Source of the DNA: Chrysomallon squamiferum
Taxonomy: Eukaryota > Animalia > Mollusca
NCBI GenBank assembly: GCA_012295275.1
Contig: CM022665.1
Location: 19,034,001 to 19,098,000 of the forward strand
Length of the DNA stretch: 64,000 nt
Reading direction: 5' to 3'
Positions 32,165-46,384 of this stretch are shown one piece after another. Numbering within the stretch: the stretch's first letter is position 1; each line of letters starts with the position of its first letter. The notes under the pieces were generated by a model, which saw only the letters and a list, made by a program, of their open reading frames with translations, did not search any database and had not been told where the DNA came from. The position numbers and the translations under genes are program-made.

Positions 32165-33492
32165 CAGCATGGACAAACAGGGACGATAACTCGTAACGGA
32201 ACAAAAATGCGTCTGTTGGGTTCTGACACGGGGAAACATTGCCAAAAAAAAATGGCTCCAGATTTCTCCAATTTAATGGGTACAAACCGCCTGAATGTTC
32301 TTTTCTGATGGGTTCTGACACGGGGAAACATTGCCAAATAGAAAAGTTAATACATTAATCTTATTACAAATTATAATTTCAGTTTATTATGCACGTATTT
32401 GCACAAAAATAATCGAGTTTGAAAAGTTTGATTAAATTGAAAAAGTAGTTAGGAAAGGTTTTGTACATCATGGTTTAGTAACGAACAATCATCCTTACCT
32501 TTATTAGTGTAAGGCATAAAAAAAAAATAAAAAATAAAAAATAAAAAAAATAAATAAATCAAAATAAATCAGGAAATGGACGTAAAATTGTTGAATTTGG
32601 AAGTTTAAAACCCCGATGTGACGGTTTCCGAGCTACACGGAAATTTCCGATCGAAATTCAAGAAGGCGGCGTCCGACGCTAGTCAGTGTTTAAAAACTTT
32701 TAAATATATATTCCTTCATGATGCAATCAACGTTTATTAACCCAATTAATATGTCATATAATCAATGCCTCGTATATTCAGATGTCCATTACTGAGTAGA
32801 AAATGTTGTAAAAGTCGAAACATTTATTTATTTATTTATTTATTTATTTTTGGTAACTGACGTCATACCAACTCGTAATATATATATATATAAATAAATA
32901 AATAAACACAAAAAGAAAAAGAAAATACTTTTCACAGACACTGGCTCGTGAATATGAAGATGGCTATTCGCACGTTACTCTACCGAGAAACTCCATAGCG
33001 GACAGATCTGAGAATGTTTTTGTAAAACAGTACAGTTGTACCTCGAGTTACGAGTGCTCCAACTTACGAGTTTTCCGATTTACGACCAGCCGCCCGGTCG
33101 ATTTTGCAAACCAAAATCCGAGTTACGAGCGAGCTTCAGATATGCCGCTTTACCTTTTTATTTTTTATTATAATTTTTTTAATAATATTTATTTCCATTT
33201 TCATTGCATTAGAGGTCATAAAAAGCAAAATAATCATGTGTTATTTGAATGATTGCCCTGATACATTCATTACAGAGCTTAATGTCAGTTTTTGGAAAGA
33301 GAATTGAAAAAAAAAAAAAAAAAAAAAAAAAAATAAAAGTAAAGGTTCGCCAACAGGCCGTATAAAAAAATAAGTTAAAAATTAGTTTTTCACTCTTTTT
33401 CTTTAAAACAAAAAGCATTCAACTTCTAAACATGTACTATTATGTATCCAAGTTTCCTATTTGAATCTAAAAAAAAATCATTGGTCCATGCT
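32165..33492. mobile_element. Non-autonomous hAT-like element
   Basis: 8-bp TSD ACATTCAG (32157-32164 and 33493-33500). TIRs CAGCATGGACAAA / TTGGTCCATGCT. The element splits a repeat whose uninterrupted copy is at 28492-28885. Confidence 0.8.
33033..33145 (+). mobile_element. pogo/Tigger-like terminal fragment nested in the hAT-like element
   Basis: TA followed by CAGTTGTACCTCG and repeated TTACGAG/TTACGAC, resembling pogo-family TIR and subterminal sequence. No second end was found. Confidence 0.5.
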
Positions 33493-33859
33493 ACATTCAG
33501 TCATTTGGCAATAGTGATCTTAGCAGAAAAGAAAAGAAAAAATCCCAATACTTACATTTGCCGTTCTACCAAAATTTAAAAATTCTCTTTCTTTTTCTTT
33601 CCTTTTCTTCCTTAATTATTTAAATACTTAATGTACCTATTACATCAAGACGTTTCTTTATTTCTTTTCTTTTCGAAATTTGATTTTTTTTTTTTTATCT
33701 ATTACGTCGTTACCAGTATGACGTCAAACGCTATAATTAGAATGAGTTACCGCCACTGCTTTTGCTAGGTAATAAATAAATAAATAATTAAATAAATAAA
33801 TGAAAAGCATAATTAGACGTACTTAAAACAACAGAATATTCATTCCTAACTACACACAC

Positions 33860-33890
<31 letters not shown>

Positions 33891-35084
33891 CACGCATACT
33901 TTTATGCATACTCATGTTAAGTTTTTCTACATAAATCAATGAGTACTGTCAAAACTTCTAGAATGTGTAAAGGACAGACATATTTAGTATCTCCAGGTCT
34001 TTGAGCTATCGCGTTAGATTAATGAGAAAGTCTGGGTAATTACTTTACATGTCATCCCCGTTTCTAAAGTACAGGTCGTTTACTGTTTTCTTCTCAAGGC
34101 TACTTTTCAATTTGAGTTATTTCTATTTTGTATTTTTCTTATTGGTAAAGAAAGAAAGAGCGAAAGAAAAAAAGAAAAGAAGCAGAGTATGTTGATAAGC
34201 AAAATCGTTATAAAAAGAAATAAAAATATTTTATGGTATAAAAGACAGAAAGGAATCGAAAACTCAGTGACAAAGAAAATTTATACAAGAACATAATAAT
34301 AATTATTGTTGTTGTTGTTGTTGTTATTATTATTAGAAAATAATCACAATGGCTAAGCTACTATAGCTGTTCTAGTAACACTGTCACCACTGTTATTATT
34401 AACAGAACAATAATCGCCAATAATATAAGATTTAACTAATTTCAAAGAAAATCTACTATTTTTTTTCATGAATGTTGCAACCACAGTTTCTACTCCGGCA
34501 ATAACTACTGTCATTAAACTGATAATTACTCTTGCTGATACAACAACTGTAAGTAATACAGCTATCACTATTACTGCGTGTTTTTACTGTTATTTAATTA
34601 CTACTAATAATAATACTGCGTCCAGTTATTTACTATAGCCACAGATAATTTACTAATAACTTTTAAAACTATTAAGCAGAATGTCAAAGAAAGAAAGTAT
34701 CTTTTTATATAAGCGTACATCATATTATTTTATTATAGATTACGCTGACGTAAAAGTATGAAACAAAAATATCAGTTTCGTAGCGTACATGTGACTTGAG
34801 GGCGACATTTTATAATATAATTGAAATAAAAAAATTAGCAGTAATCACTTTTGGAAAATGAAATTTAAATTTAAAATTCTGACCACCTTAGGCATTAATA
34901 ACAGCTCTATTTAAATGTAAATCACTGGAGGTTAATAGGAGCGACTGAACAAAGGCGTTCTGGTAATGGATGTGCAGTCTAAATTAATCACTTTAATACA
35001 AGAAGTCTGAAAACATGAACGGGAAGAAATTAGACCGTTTCTGAAAACGACATGGCAACGTAAACGGAACTTCGGAGATAGATG

Positions 35085-35086
<2 letters not shown>

Positions 35087-35170
<84 letters not shown>
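35087..35170. repeat. (CT)n microsatellite
   Basis: Directly visible. Confidence 0.99.
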
Positions 35171-35172
<2 letters not shown>

Positions 35173-35940
35173 GACGATGATGTTCCTGATGGTTATGACG
35201 ATAATAATGCGTATGATTATGGTACAAAATACAAATCAGTATACCGAGACTTTAAATAAATGAAATTTTTTTTTTTTTCTTTGAAATTTCTGAATTTTCG
35301 ACTTCCTTATTTACTCGAAAGTTAAAAAGATTCAGCTGTAATCTCTTCAATGTAAATCACAAGACCCATGTCAGCTACAGCAAGAACAGCATGCTAAGAG
35401 ATCATTCGAGAAAAATGGCTCTTTTTCCATACTTCATATTATATATCTTTTGAGAAAAGCATTGATTCTCTACAACAAATTGACTCGCAGTTTTCAGATT
35501 TCTATTATTTATTACATAGCTACCGCACTCGTCCTATGGGTAATAGGTACATGGCGTCTCTGAACCAGTGAATCATGGGGCTGTATTTATTAAAATATTT
35601 TTTAACGATACATCAAAGGAAAAAAGGTCATCTCTGCGCTAGAGGCAGTGTCTGTGTCGGGCACATCATACGGAAATTTACCACAATGGACAAAATGATG
35701 TGAAAATAATTACTAGCCGTAAAAAATCTATTAAAACTCTGACAGCAATGAAATTTAAAGAGAAAAAAATTATTGGTAATACTGATTACTAATTGTACGT
35801 GAACTGAAATAATCAAAGCTGCAGACAAATTACAAAAAAAAAAAAACACAAAAAAACCAGTTAACATAGATCTGGAACATCTTAATAGAACATCACAAAG
35901 AATAATCTTTTTTATAAGAATATAAATTAATTTTAATTAG

Positions 35941-35943
<3 letters not shown>

Positions 35944-35995
<52 letters not shown>

Positions 35996-36070
35996 TATTA
36001 TTATTATTATTATATTACTATTATTATTATTATTATTATCATTATTACTATTATTTTTATTTATTTATTT
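35944..36070. repeat. (TTA)n microsatellite
   Basis: Directly visible. Confidence 0.97.
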
Positions 36071-37611
36071 ATCAAAACTTTTTCTTTCTTTTGTGTTAAA
36101 TTAATAAAAATTTGTTTTCATTTAAAACGAAAATAACAAATATGTATATGTGTAGTTTTTAGTTTATTTAGTGCAGAAAACTGTACTGAATTATTTAAAT
36201 GCTATGCTTTTTCAAAAGAATTATCATCAGTGAAGAAATTATTCAAAGTCTAACTGAATTAATATTAAGTAATTGTCAAGGTTTTCTGAGTCTACTGAAA
36301 TGAACAAATCAATGAATAGGAAAATACAATTTATTAGCTTAAGCATATCAGCTTTTCGCGGTCTAAACCTTATGGTCAACAACTGCACTCTGCATGGTAG
36401 CAACTGTAATTCAGTTAATATTTTACCAAACATTCTTTGTTAATAATTCACCGTTAAACACTTGCGTTCAGGGAACATTTGAACCAAGCGAATGAGTTAC
36501 GACTGTTAAAAGGATTAGCAAAGTTTGCAAATGATTCTCGCGAGTGCAGACCAAATATCAGTCCTGATGTTTCAGTGTTAATAGAGAACTATATTAGATA
36601 AGGCATTTCTTTTTGTGTGGGGAATAATTTTATATAGACAAAGACATAATATCCAGAACGATGTTCCTTCGGTACTGTTTATTTTATGAAGAATGAATCT
36701 CCAACACCAGTTCCATGACCTAGCGATGCATTGATTTCAGTTTATAGCTAGTTTTGTTTGATGTACTGATCTTGGAGACTGCACAGCTTAAAGGGAACAA
36801 GATTCTAAATAAAAATAATTTATTCTCCATGTATTTTAACTGTTGCCCAGATCTGAAGAAAATGTACAAAGCGATTATACTGGAATCTGTGTAACAAAAA
36901 CCTGAACGAAAACGTGACATTCCAAATCCTTTAAGGTGTAAGGTAACAAGCACGTAAAGCCCCAGGAGATACTTCCACACACAATTAGAAATAAAGAAAG
37001 ATAGAGATGGATTAACCGTTGTAGTATTTCTCTATATCAATAGAAAATTTTAATGTTTTTGAATTAGAAGACTCAGCCAGGGAACAAAGATTTACAGTAA
37101 CACAGATGCTTAAGAACATTGCTGTATAGAAACAATGTACATGGGCTTAAGTCTTTACCATTTCTTTATACCAGAACGTTTTAAAGTAAATCTTAGTGTT
37201 ACTTAAACTATTCAAGTAGGATACAAAACTTTACCCTTGTGGATATTGCTATACAGAAAGAGTAAAGACTAGCTCTGCTTTATAGATGTCTTTAAGGAAA
37301 CCGTAATATATGAAGTTAAATTATTCAGCCTGGCTTCACAGATTGATTCTCAGTATATACAATACTGGCATACGCTGACATGCATGTGTTTTTAATCGTG
37401 ATTTTTTCTTTCTTTCATTTTGTTAGAAATCTGGAGAGTTAAAGTTATTAAATGTTTGAAATACGTATCCAGAAAATCATCTGATTGGTCTAAAACACAG
37501 TTAAAATAAACAATAAAAAAAATAACATTGACACATAGCAGTGAAAACATAATTACTCTATATGTAAAACAAACAAATAAACAAACAACAACATAAAAAA
37601 AATAATAATAA

Positions 37612-37649
<38 letters not shown>

Positions 37650-37652
37650 AAA

Positions 37653-37692
<40 letters not shown>

Positions 37693-37890
37693 CATTAGAC
37701 ATTTATTTTTTCATTTTTATCACTGACATCATTTCAGTGACCATCTGCTGCATGCATTGCTCGAACAGTATAAAAGCATAAAGGAGCACGTTTAGTTTCA
37801 AAAGCATTCAAAATTATAGGAAGAAACGAAAACAATCAACAAACAACAACTGAATAATGAGTATGAATCTCAAAAGAGTTTCGACAGATT

Positions 37891-37893
<3 letters not shown>

Positions 37894-37981
<88 letters not shown>
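37894..37981. repeat. (GA)n microsatellite
   Basis: Directly visible. Confidence 0.99.
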
Positions 37982-37985
<4 letters not shown>

Positions 37986-38519
37986 GACATACTACACTAA
38001 CACACACACGTACACACACACATTAGGAAATCGAAGGTTTGAAATATGAATTCGTTAGCATATTGACAGAAATTGCACATTATAATTATTACTGTTACGA
38101 CATATCGACATGCATTTCCTTAAAATATAAACTGATAATTCCGCAGTGAACACCACAATGTTCCTTGCTAGTTACATCCATTCACTCCGTAATTAAGGGT
38201 TTCTTGATATCTTCACACGAAAATGTCCCTGGAGATGAAAATACCTTGAAACGAGCATGAATGATACTCCATTCTGATTCCTGGTGCAGGAAGTAACTTT
38301 GTCAGTGCTACTAATTTTGTAACGAGCACAAAAACAGAAATTCTACCAGATCGCATCATGAATAAGTTTACATTTTTTAAAATGACATCAAGGTCTTATG
38401 GATGGTAAAATAATAATATCCCCCCCCCAAAGAAAAGAAATTAAATATATAAGACAAAATATATATATATATATATATAATATAAAAAAAATAAATAAAT
38501 GATAGATTAAGTAAATAAA

Positions 38520-38548
38520 TAGATAGATAGACTGACAGACAGACAGAC

Positions 38549-38591
<43 letters not shown>

Positions 38592-38610
38592 TAGATAGAT
38601 AGATAGATAG

Positions 38611-38661
<51 letters not shown>

Positions 38662-38690
38662 CAGATAACAACAACAACAACAACAACAAC
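38520..38690. repeat. (GATA)n/(GACA)n then (AAC)n microsatellite
   Basis: Directly visible. Confidence 0.98.
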
Positions 38691-40095
38691 AAAAATAAAT
38701 AAATTAAAACAAAACAAACAAAAATCTTGATCTAATACAGTAAGTGCTGTCAGGTTATATTTTATTACTGATAAATTTAATAAATCACTCTGTATTCAAA
38801 TCAATTTGTCCCGCCGGTCTCGGTTTTGAAATGTTTATTAAACGGAATTTATAAAAAATATTTAATTTAAATTATTTAATACATTTGATTTTGAGAGCAG
38901 CAATAAACACGCATGTGTATGTGTGTGCTCGTGTGTATACACATGTACACATATTAGTACTTTCATAAACACACATATATATGCATAATTAATAAATTCT
39001 ATATATACATCCCTCCATCCATACATATGTACAGAAGCAGATACTCGTACATATCAACATTTCAACATACGTATACAAATGAAACATAAAAGAAAATATC
39101 CAAGTAAGCGATATAAAACAAACATGCAGACCAATAAATGTTAAAGAAAGGAAAACACGTCCGTCTATGACGTAATCAGCAGTAGACAAGGGTAACTACT
39201 GTCCCTCCCAGAATCTGCACCTGAACATTTTTGAGCACATATTCTTCATTCACGTATGTTTTAGTTTCGTATTTTGTTATAATATTATATGACTGTCAGC
39301 ATAGTAATTTTTACATATACACTTACTTAGTGTCTTATCTGAATTGATGGCGCATGTCTGATAATGCATGCGGTGTTCTGTGAGTGATGTATGTGTGTGG
39401 TCTTACAAAATCAGATTTCCTATTTAATCTGCCTGGTTACAAAAATATCACTGCGCTTGGCATCGATTATTACTATGAAATATGTGAAGTTAAATGTGGG
39501 TTTTTTTGTGGTTTTTTTTTTCTCAGCTAATGAAAGAAAAGTGTTTTCAGCCGATTTTGTTTTTCTTTTTTGTCGGTGTGGCGCAAACGAATACTTTGAA
39601 ACCAAAATTTGTGCTAAGTTAATATAAAAGACAAATAATTTATTAAAGAAAGAAAGAAAAAAAAAATTCAAAGAAAGAAAAGTGAAAGAAAGTTCAAAAA
39701 CACAAATAGAATTGTTATTTAAAAGGTGTTTTTTTTAACCACAAGACGCTTATAATACAGGGATTCTTTTTTTTTTTTTTTTTTCTGGGGTTGTTTTAAA
39801 AATAAAATAATTTGATCGTTCAAAACTGAAATAGAGAGAAAAAAAACAAAACAAAACTGAACAAAACAAATAAAAAACAAAGGAAAAAAAAAAAAATAAA
39901 GTTAAGAAAAATATAAAGAATGAAATAACAAGAAATATAAGATACACTGAAAGGCCCTTTTTACTATCTGATGTATCCTGTTTTGTCTTCTTTTCAGTTA
40001 CGAAGTTTCTCTTTCCTCTACGGGAGCCAGTCAGTTGGTACGTTTCACTGTTAAGTGTTCACTTAATTTAAGTAAATATACATAACTTTAAAAAA

Positions 40096-40191
<96 letters not shown>

Positions 40192-40197
40192 TGTAGT
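40096..40197. repeat. (ATT)n(AGT)n microsatellite
   Basis: Directly visible. Confidence 0.98.
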
Positions 40198-40588
40198 ATT
40201 TGATTAGTTTATGTAAAGCAGCACGATTTATGTAAATACATAAATCATTATTAGCGTAACTAACCCTTCTAGAATTAAATGCAGCTAAAGTAGTCGGTTT
40301 GGAGGGGGAAAACAGTGAACTAACTACATCGGCCAACACAGCAGTTACTCGTATCGATTTAGTGAAACCTCTGTACAATCTGTGTGTTACACTGTGAATC
40401 TTCATGCGTCGGAAAACCATAGAAATCATTCCTTCTCAGCCTTCGATAACATACAACATCCGTTGTTATTAGACTGCACAGGGAACGGAAGTTTTTTAGT
40501 TTTTTTTTTAGTTTTTTTTTATACGCAGCAGAGGTTAGATTTTTTAAAAAATAATAATAATAAAAATCCAAACAGAGAAACCAAAAAA

Positions 40589-40627
<39 letters not shown>

Positions 40628-40663
40628 ACGTGAAAGATGATCTAACCTATCGGCCAATAAGGG

Positions 40664-40696
<33 letters not shown>

Positions 40697-40816
40697 AAAA
40701 AAAAATAAGAGGAACAAATGTGCATATGATTTGTTTCTTGTAAATAAACAGACAAAAAAAAAAATAAAAAAAAATAAAAAAAAATAAAATAGAAAATAAA
40801 ATTAAAATAATGATAC

Positions 40817-40975
40817 CAAAACGTGTTCCACGTCTTCCACCTGTTTTGGAAGATCGACCACACACACAACTACATCCCAGTTCTTGATCCAGTCTTCGAT
40901 ACGCGATGTGTTCACATCTCTCTCAGCGGCCTTGCCACGAACGTAATAAACAGAATACGCTTCACTAAGTGTCTT
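40817..40975 (-). other. Candidate exon (159 nt, phase 0-0, one open frame)
   Basis: TTGACAG| acceptor and TTG|GTATCA donor. Reads KTLSEAYSVYYVRGKAAERDVNTSRIEDWIKNWDVVVCVVDLPKQVEDVEHVL. Higher GC than the poly-A/T flanks. No homologue recognised. Confidence 0.4.
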
Positions 40976-41754
40976 CTGTCAATAAATCGTAGATATGGTT
41001 AAAAAGCAAACTAATTCGCAATCAGGAAACAATCAATATTCGACTGGGATTTGACTTTTTTGTGGCGTTATTTGGCGACATTTTGTGCTGTTCAATTATA
41101 TAAATAAAAGATTCTATTAATTTAGCAATTTTGAATTTGAAAATTACTTCAGTTAAGAAGCTTCGTATTTAGGGATAAACGTATAAAACATCCAGAAATA
41201 ATTGTTTTCCTGTTACTTTTTGTAGATGGTTTACTTTTGATATTTTTAATGTTGTGCACGTATTATCCGAATATCTGAACAAGATTTAAACATAAATATC
41301 TCTTTAGTAATACTCGCTATAGTATGACATACAACAGTGATACTTGTGCTACCATATTTTATTTTTTATTTTGTTTTGTTTAGTGATTAAAAATGATTTT
41401 AAATTTCTGAAAAACATGCATTTTCGTCAAATATTATTGCTTGCAAAAGCAAAGAAACACTTAGACTTCAATCTGTGCATCGACTAGACATTTTCTTCAC
41501 ACCACAACGACCGATCGACATCTCAGTGAACTTTATTTACATGAACTTAACTTTTTGGATAAACTTCATAAATGTACGTACACAAATTATTTTTTGTAAT
41601 CACCTCATGTTTCCCAGAATTATCAGCTCAAAGACTTCATTAGTTAAATGTCCTATAAGGTGATCTTATTGTAAAAATATGAATTTGAAACAATATCCAT
41701 TTTATCGATTGAATGAAATAATACTCCCTTTAACATGTTTTTATTTTTTATTAT

Positions 41755-41797
<43 letters not shown>

Positions 41798-42431
41798 TAA
41801 GTATATTCAATATGGCTTCCTTTAAGTACGATCGGATCAGTTATCAAAATAATATACTCCCCGCCTTAATACTCGAGGTCCATCTGTATTATATATGGTT
41901 TGATTGTTTATGCATAAACAAAAAAATATTAAAAAATTATATTTATAATAAAGAAATTACAGGGTAAGTGAAAGCCACGTATACATATTTATAAATCGTC
42001 ATCCATTTAATATTTTTTGTTATTATCATTTTTGCGTTCGATTATGTACTCTGTATTTCTTTTTTTTTTTTTTTGTGCTTTCTTTTCTATTGATGTGCCT
42101 ATGAACTCAAATTATATTTCCACTAAAACATATATTTCAAGTTACAAATATATATCTGAAAACGACGTGTATTTTATAAATCTGTCGCATGTGTTCTGTT
42201 TCTATTTCTATTTACTGACATTTTTGTTTCCTCGACAGTGCAGCCAAACGTCTGTCTGTGTGTTTGTATGTATGTACGAGTAGTGAAAATCTTGTGCATA
42301 TCGGATTTCGTTTTTCATTTGTACACAAAACAAAATCAAATTATAATTTCATTTAATAAAGAAAACTACAAAATCTTTGTTATATTTTAATTTAAAGAGA
42401 AAAGCGTGCTCATGTAATGAATGGAAGAAGA

Positions 42432-42528
42432 ATGCATGAATGAATGTTTAACGACACCCCAGCACAAAAACATATCGGATATTGGGTGTCCAAAAAAAAA
42501 AAAATAATAATAATAAAAAAAAAAAAAA
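42432..42528 (-). mobile_element. 5'-truncated retroposon 3' tail with TSD
   Basis: GACACCC...GGGTGTC stem-loop ending in (CATT)n on the - strand, flanked by the 12-bp direct repeat AATGGAAGAAGA (42420-42431 and 42529-42540). Confidence 0.6.
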
Positions 42529-45500
42529 AATGGAAGAAGAAGATTAATATATGTTTTGATTTAAAATATTCAACAAATATTTCATAACAATTTTTCTAAC
42601 ATTGAAATTTTGATTCGTTAATGTTTCCATTTCTGGTGAATATATAAAGTTCAATAAAAATAAATTTAAAAAAAATTAAAAAAAAAAAAAAAAAAAAAAA
42701 AATTTGTTACAGTGAAATCTGTTTTTTAAACTTGCTGCACAATTTAGTTTTGTAAGAAAAAAAAAAAAAAAAAAAAAAAAAATCAAATCAAATCAAATCA
42801 AACAAGCAGAAAACGTACGTATGTCATTCGATTCCTATTTCATCTGTGTTTAATACCAAGGACAGCAATACTTGTAGTACACACTGTCCAGGGAGTCATT
42901 AAAACTGTCTTTTTTTATTATGTTTAAAAGTCAAATGTTCACTGGAGTCTTATTAAGAAAACATGATTAACTAAGTTTTTAAAAATAACTTTGTCTCTGT
43001 TTTCCGATGTCATAAATGCTTTCAAAGGATATAATTATAGCATGAAAAGGGAATCAGTGAACTGAAATATAACTAATAAACTAAATTGTGATTTTTCGAT
43101 TTCTTTTTTTTTCTTCTTCTTCTTCTCTAAATATTTGTTTGAATTGCATTTTTTTACATGATAATAACAACTGTTACATACAAGACAAATATTCAAATTA
43201 TATTTGCAATTTCAAGAATATAGCTTAATGTACTTCTTGCCTTTTTTCTTTACGTTTTTACTTTTATTTTTTAACTGAAAATTTTATCCTTTATGCAGAT
43301 GGTTGTAAACATTTACTTTTCTTTTACTCTTAACTTTTTTATTATTATTATTTTTTAATTCTCACTATTGTGTCAGAGAATTTAGAGTACAGTAATTTCT
43401 CAGCAAGTCTATTTGTAGTCGTGATATTAAGATGCATAATTGTACATTAAAAAATTGTAATTTTTAAAATAAAAACATATATTGGAGTAAGAATTCAGAT
43501 TTATATGATGCATCCATCTGAACAGCTGTACAGTAACTTGTTTCTTACCTGAGAAATTCGTAATGTTTTAGAAAATACAGAATGAGAAATAACTTTCGTT
43601 TCGAGTGAATTGTAAATTTTATAATTCCAATACGCTATGCTTATCGACTTCCGCTGAGCAATTTCTTTAACTTTACAGAAAGAAAAGTTAAAAACGTAAA
43701 TCGATAAACAAGACAAACAAGACGAAAACGGTTAAGAAACAGCTGCGAACCCTAAATAAAGCCAATTTATCACTGCTGTATATTGGAGACACAGAAAGAA
43801 TTACATTGCACAGGTTTGTATCTCAAATACATTTTGACTTCTTTAAACAAGAGTTATTGCTTGTTTTACTTTGCTAATCAACTGTAGTTAATACTTTGAC
43901 ACCGAAGAATTAATATCTTAGCATCTGTCCTTTTTTTATTTAGCGTACGAAAGGTAAATAAATAGCTGAACAAAAAATAATAATAAGATTTATAACCTAT
44001 TACTTGCTGTGTTGTTGTCATCGTCTCTTACAAATGAAAAAAAAAATAAAAAAAATAACAAATCAGATTCATAATGGCTCCTTTTTTCTTTATGATGATC
44101 ATCTTCTTGTTGTTTTCGTCATCGTCTGTTGTTTTTATTTTAAAAATTATCCAGAATATTGCAATACGTAGTACCAGTTAATACAGATATACATTCATAC
44201 ATTATTAACTATATGCTGTTTTAGCCATCAGGTGCATCACAGCACGTAGGCAGTGCATTGAGTACGAGGAGCCTTTAGAGATTTCACAACAAAACTAACA
44301 AAGAAAAACAGTTATCTAGATTTCGCACCTGTTAACACTGCATGAGTTTGTGTGTTTGTATTGATATTGTGTAAAATATTTGAAAAATTATTCTCTGGGG
44401 ATGTAATAATCAAAGCTGCAGACTACTGTCCCTCTGCGAATGTTTAGGTCATATTCAGTGAAAGCTACATCTCATAAGCTAAGCTTTGTAGGATGTGCTT
44501 TCTTCATTTCTCCTTTAACCCACTCATAAGCGTGTGTAACTGATAACCGATCAAACAGATGAAAAGAAACCAGTTAAAGCAGTTTACTTTGAATTACCTT
44601 TTGAAAAATGACCTTTTCAACAACAACGACAGCCGCATCAGTAATAATAAATACAAAATGTATTAGTTTCAAATTTAATATTACTTTAAGAAATAATATT
44701 ACTCAGATTCGTTGACTGATCAGATACAGCTGAATGTTACGTAGACAGATTATGGTTCTATTTCATGGACGGGGAAGCTGTTATCACCAAATGACATGCA
44801 TTGTTTAATTTAGTGTTATTTACATTACATCACTGAATGGAATTCGCATAATGCTACATCGTATATTGCAAATATTATCTTACACGTGCAGTTTCACCAA
44901 GGCACTGCAAGTTTTAGTTCTTATACTGATGTCTAAGAAGATTAATGAATACCCCTAGACTATTAGAAAAAAGTATATATTTGAAACGAATGTCATTTAT
45001 TGGTGGTGCTATAATTAATTTTGAATCCATTACTGGATAAAATTTATAATGTTTATGTCACAATGAGTCAGCAGAAGCTATATTTCATTTACTTACTTAC
45101 GAAGCTACACTCCAAATTTAATTTCTTAAATAAATCACGTGACAATGATTTTTTTCAGTTTACTTTCCAGATAAGTATATTATTAAAATTAAGTGGATAA
45201 TGCATATTAATACTTGTACAAAAATTCATGTCTTTGATACTTTGCACACTTCTTTCTCGTAGAAACATATAGCGCTATTTGTAAACAAGATGTGATAGCT
45301 GATTCACATTTAGCAAAAGATGTGTATCTACGAGATATATAAAATCTCTTCTTTCTTAAAGCATTCCCTATCTCTTTGAAGAATTATTTTTGTGACTTTT
45401 ATGTTGCTAACTTTGATGGTATACGGGTTCGTCTGTGCTAGGAGATTCCAGTAAAGATTCTTGATATCTATAATCAAAAGTCTGCTCAACACACTATAGA

Positions 45501-45998
45501 AATTCCAGTTGTTTACGTTTAAATCTACAGCATATGGAATGATACTAAAACGAATTATCTACTACTAATAGTGCAACATCTGACAAATAATTAAATTCCA
45601 AGTTTCAAGCTTTTGAAACTAGAATCGACTTTCAGACTGACAGTCAAGAATCGGGTTAAAGGAATTAAGTATTTAGGGAATTTTAAGTGTTACTTCTAAA
45701 TGTTTCTAATAACTAGAGGAAAACATTATTTTATAATGTACTTTGCTGATGTTAAACTTTCCTTTCAACAAATCTTTTTTTTAAATCTAAATTTAAAAAT
45801 GTACGAATTCGACGAAACAACATATTAATATAATCTTACATTAAGAATCTATGGTCACAATCTGTGACCCACTAACTCAATCTAAGAGGGGTCATGCATC
45901 ATTCGTGTTAAATCTCCCTTGGCTCGAATATTTTATTAGAGAATAATCGAAAAGATTAATCTTTCAATAAAGTTTCCGCACTGTACGTCCAAACTTAC

Positions 45999-46059
45999 TT
46001 TGCTTATCGATCGTATACTGTCTTTCAACTCGTGGTCACAGCGACCTTTGACGTACTGA
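45999..46059 (-). other. Candidate micro-exon (61 nt)
   Basis: TTTATTTTCCAG| acceptor and AAA|GTAAGT donor. The frame QYVKGRCDHELKDSIRSISK ends in phase 0. Confidence 0.4.
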
Positions 46060-46187
46060 CTGGAAAATAAACCAGTGGTTGGTGGCTAGTCTCGGAGGAT
46101 CGATGAGAAATAAACGGTCGTTTAGGGTTCGTGAGAGATAAATTTGTCTTTAGGATGTTTTTTCGAAATTTTAATATTCAATAGAAG

Positions 46188-46384
<197 letters not shown>

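Noticed and set aside
36720-36980. 86-aa minus-strand ORF with a hydrophobic N-terminus as a secreted peptide
   Set aside because: It starts at GTG, not ATG, and has background composition and no splice or homology support.
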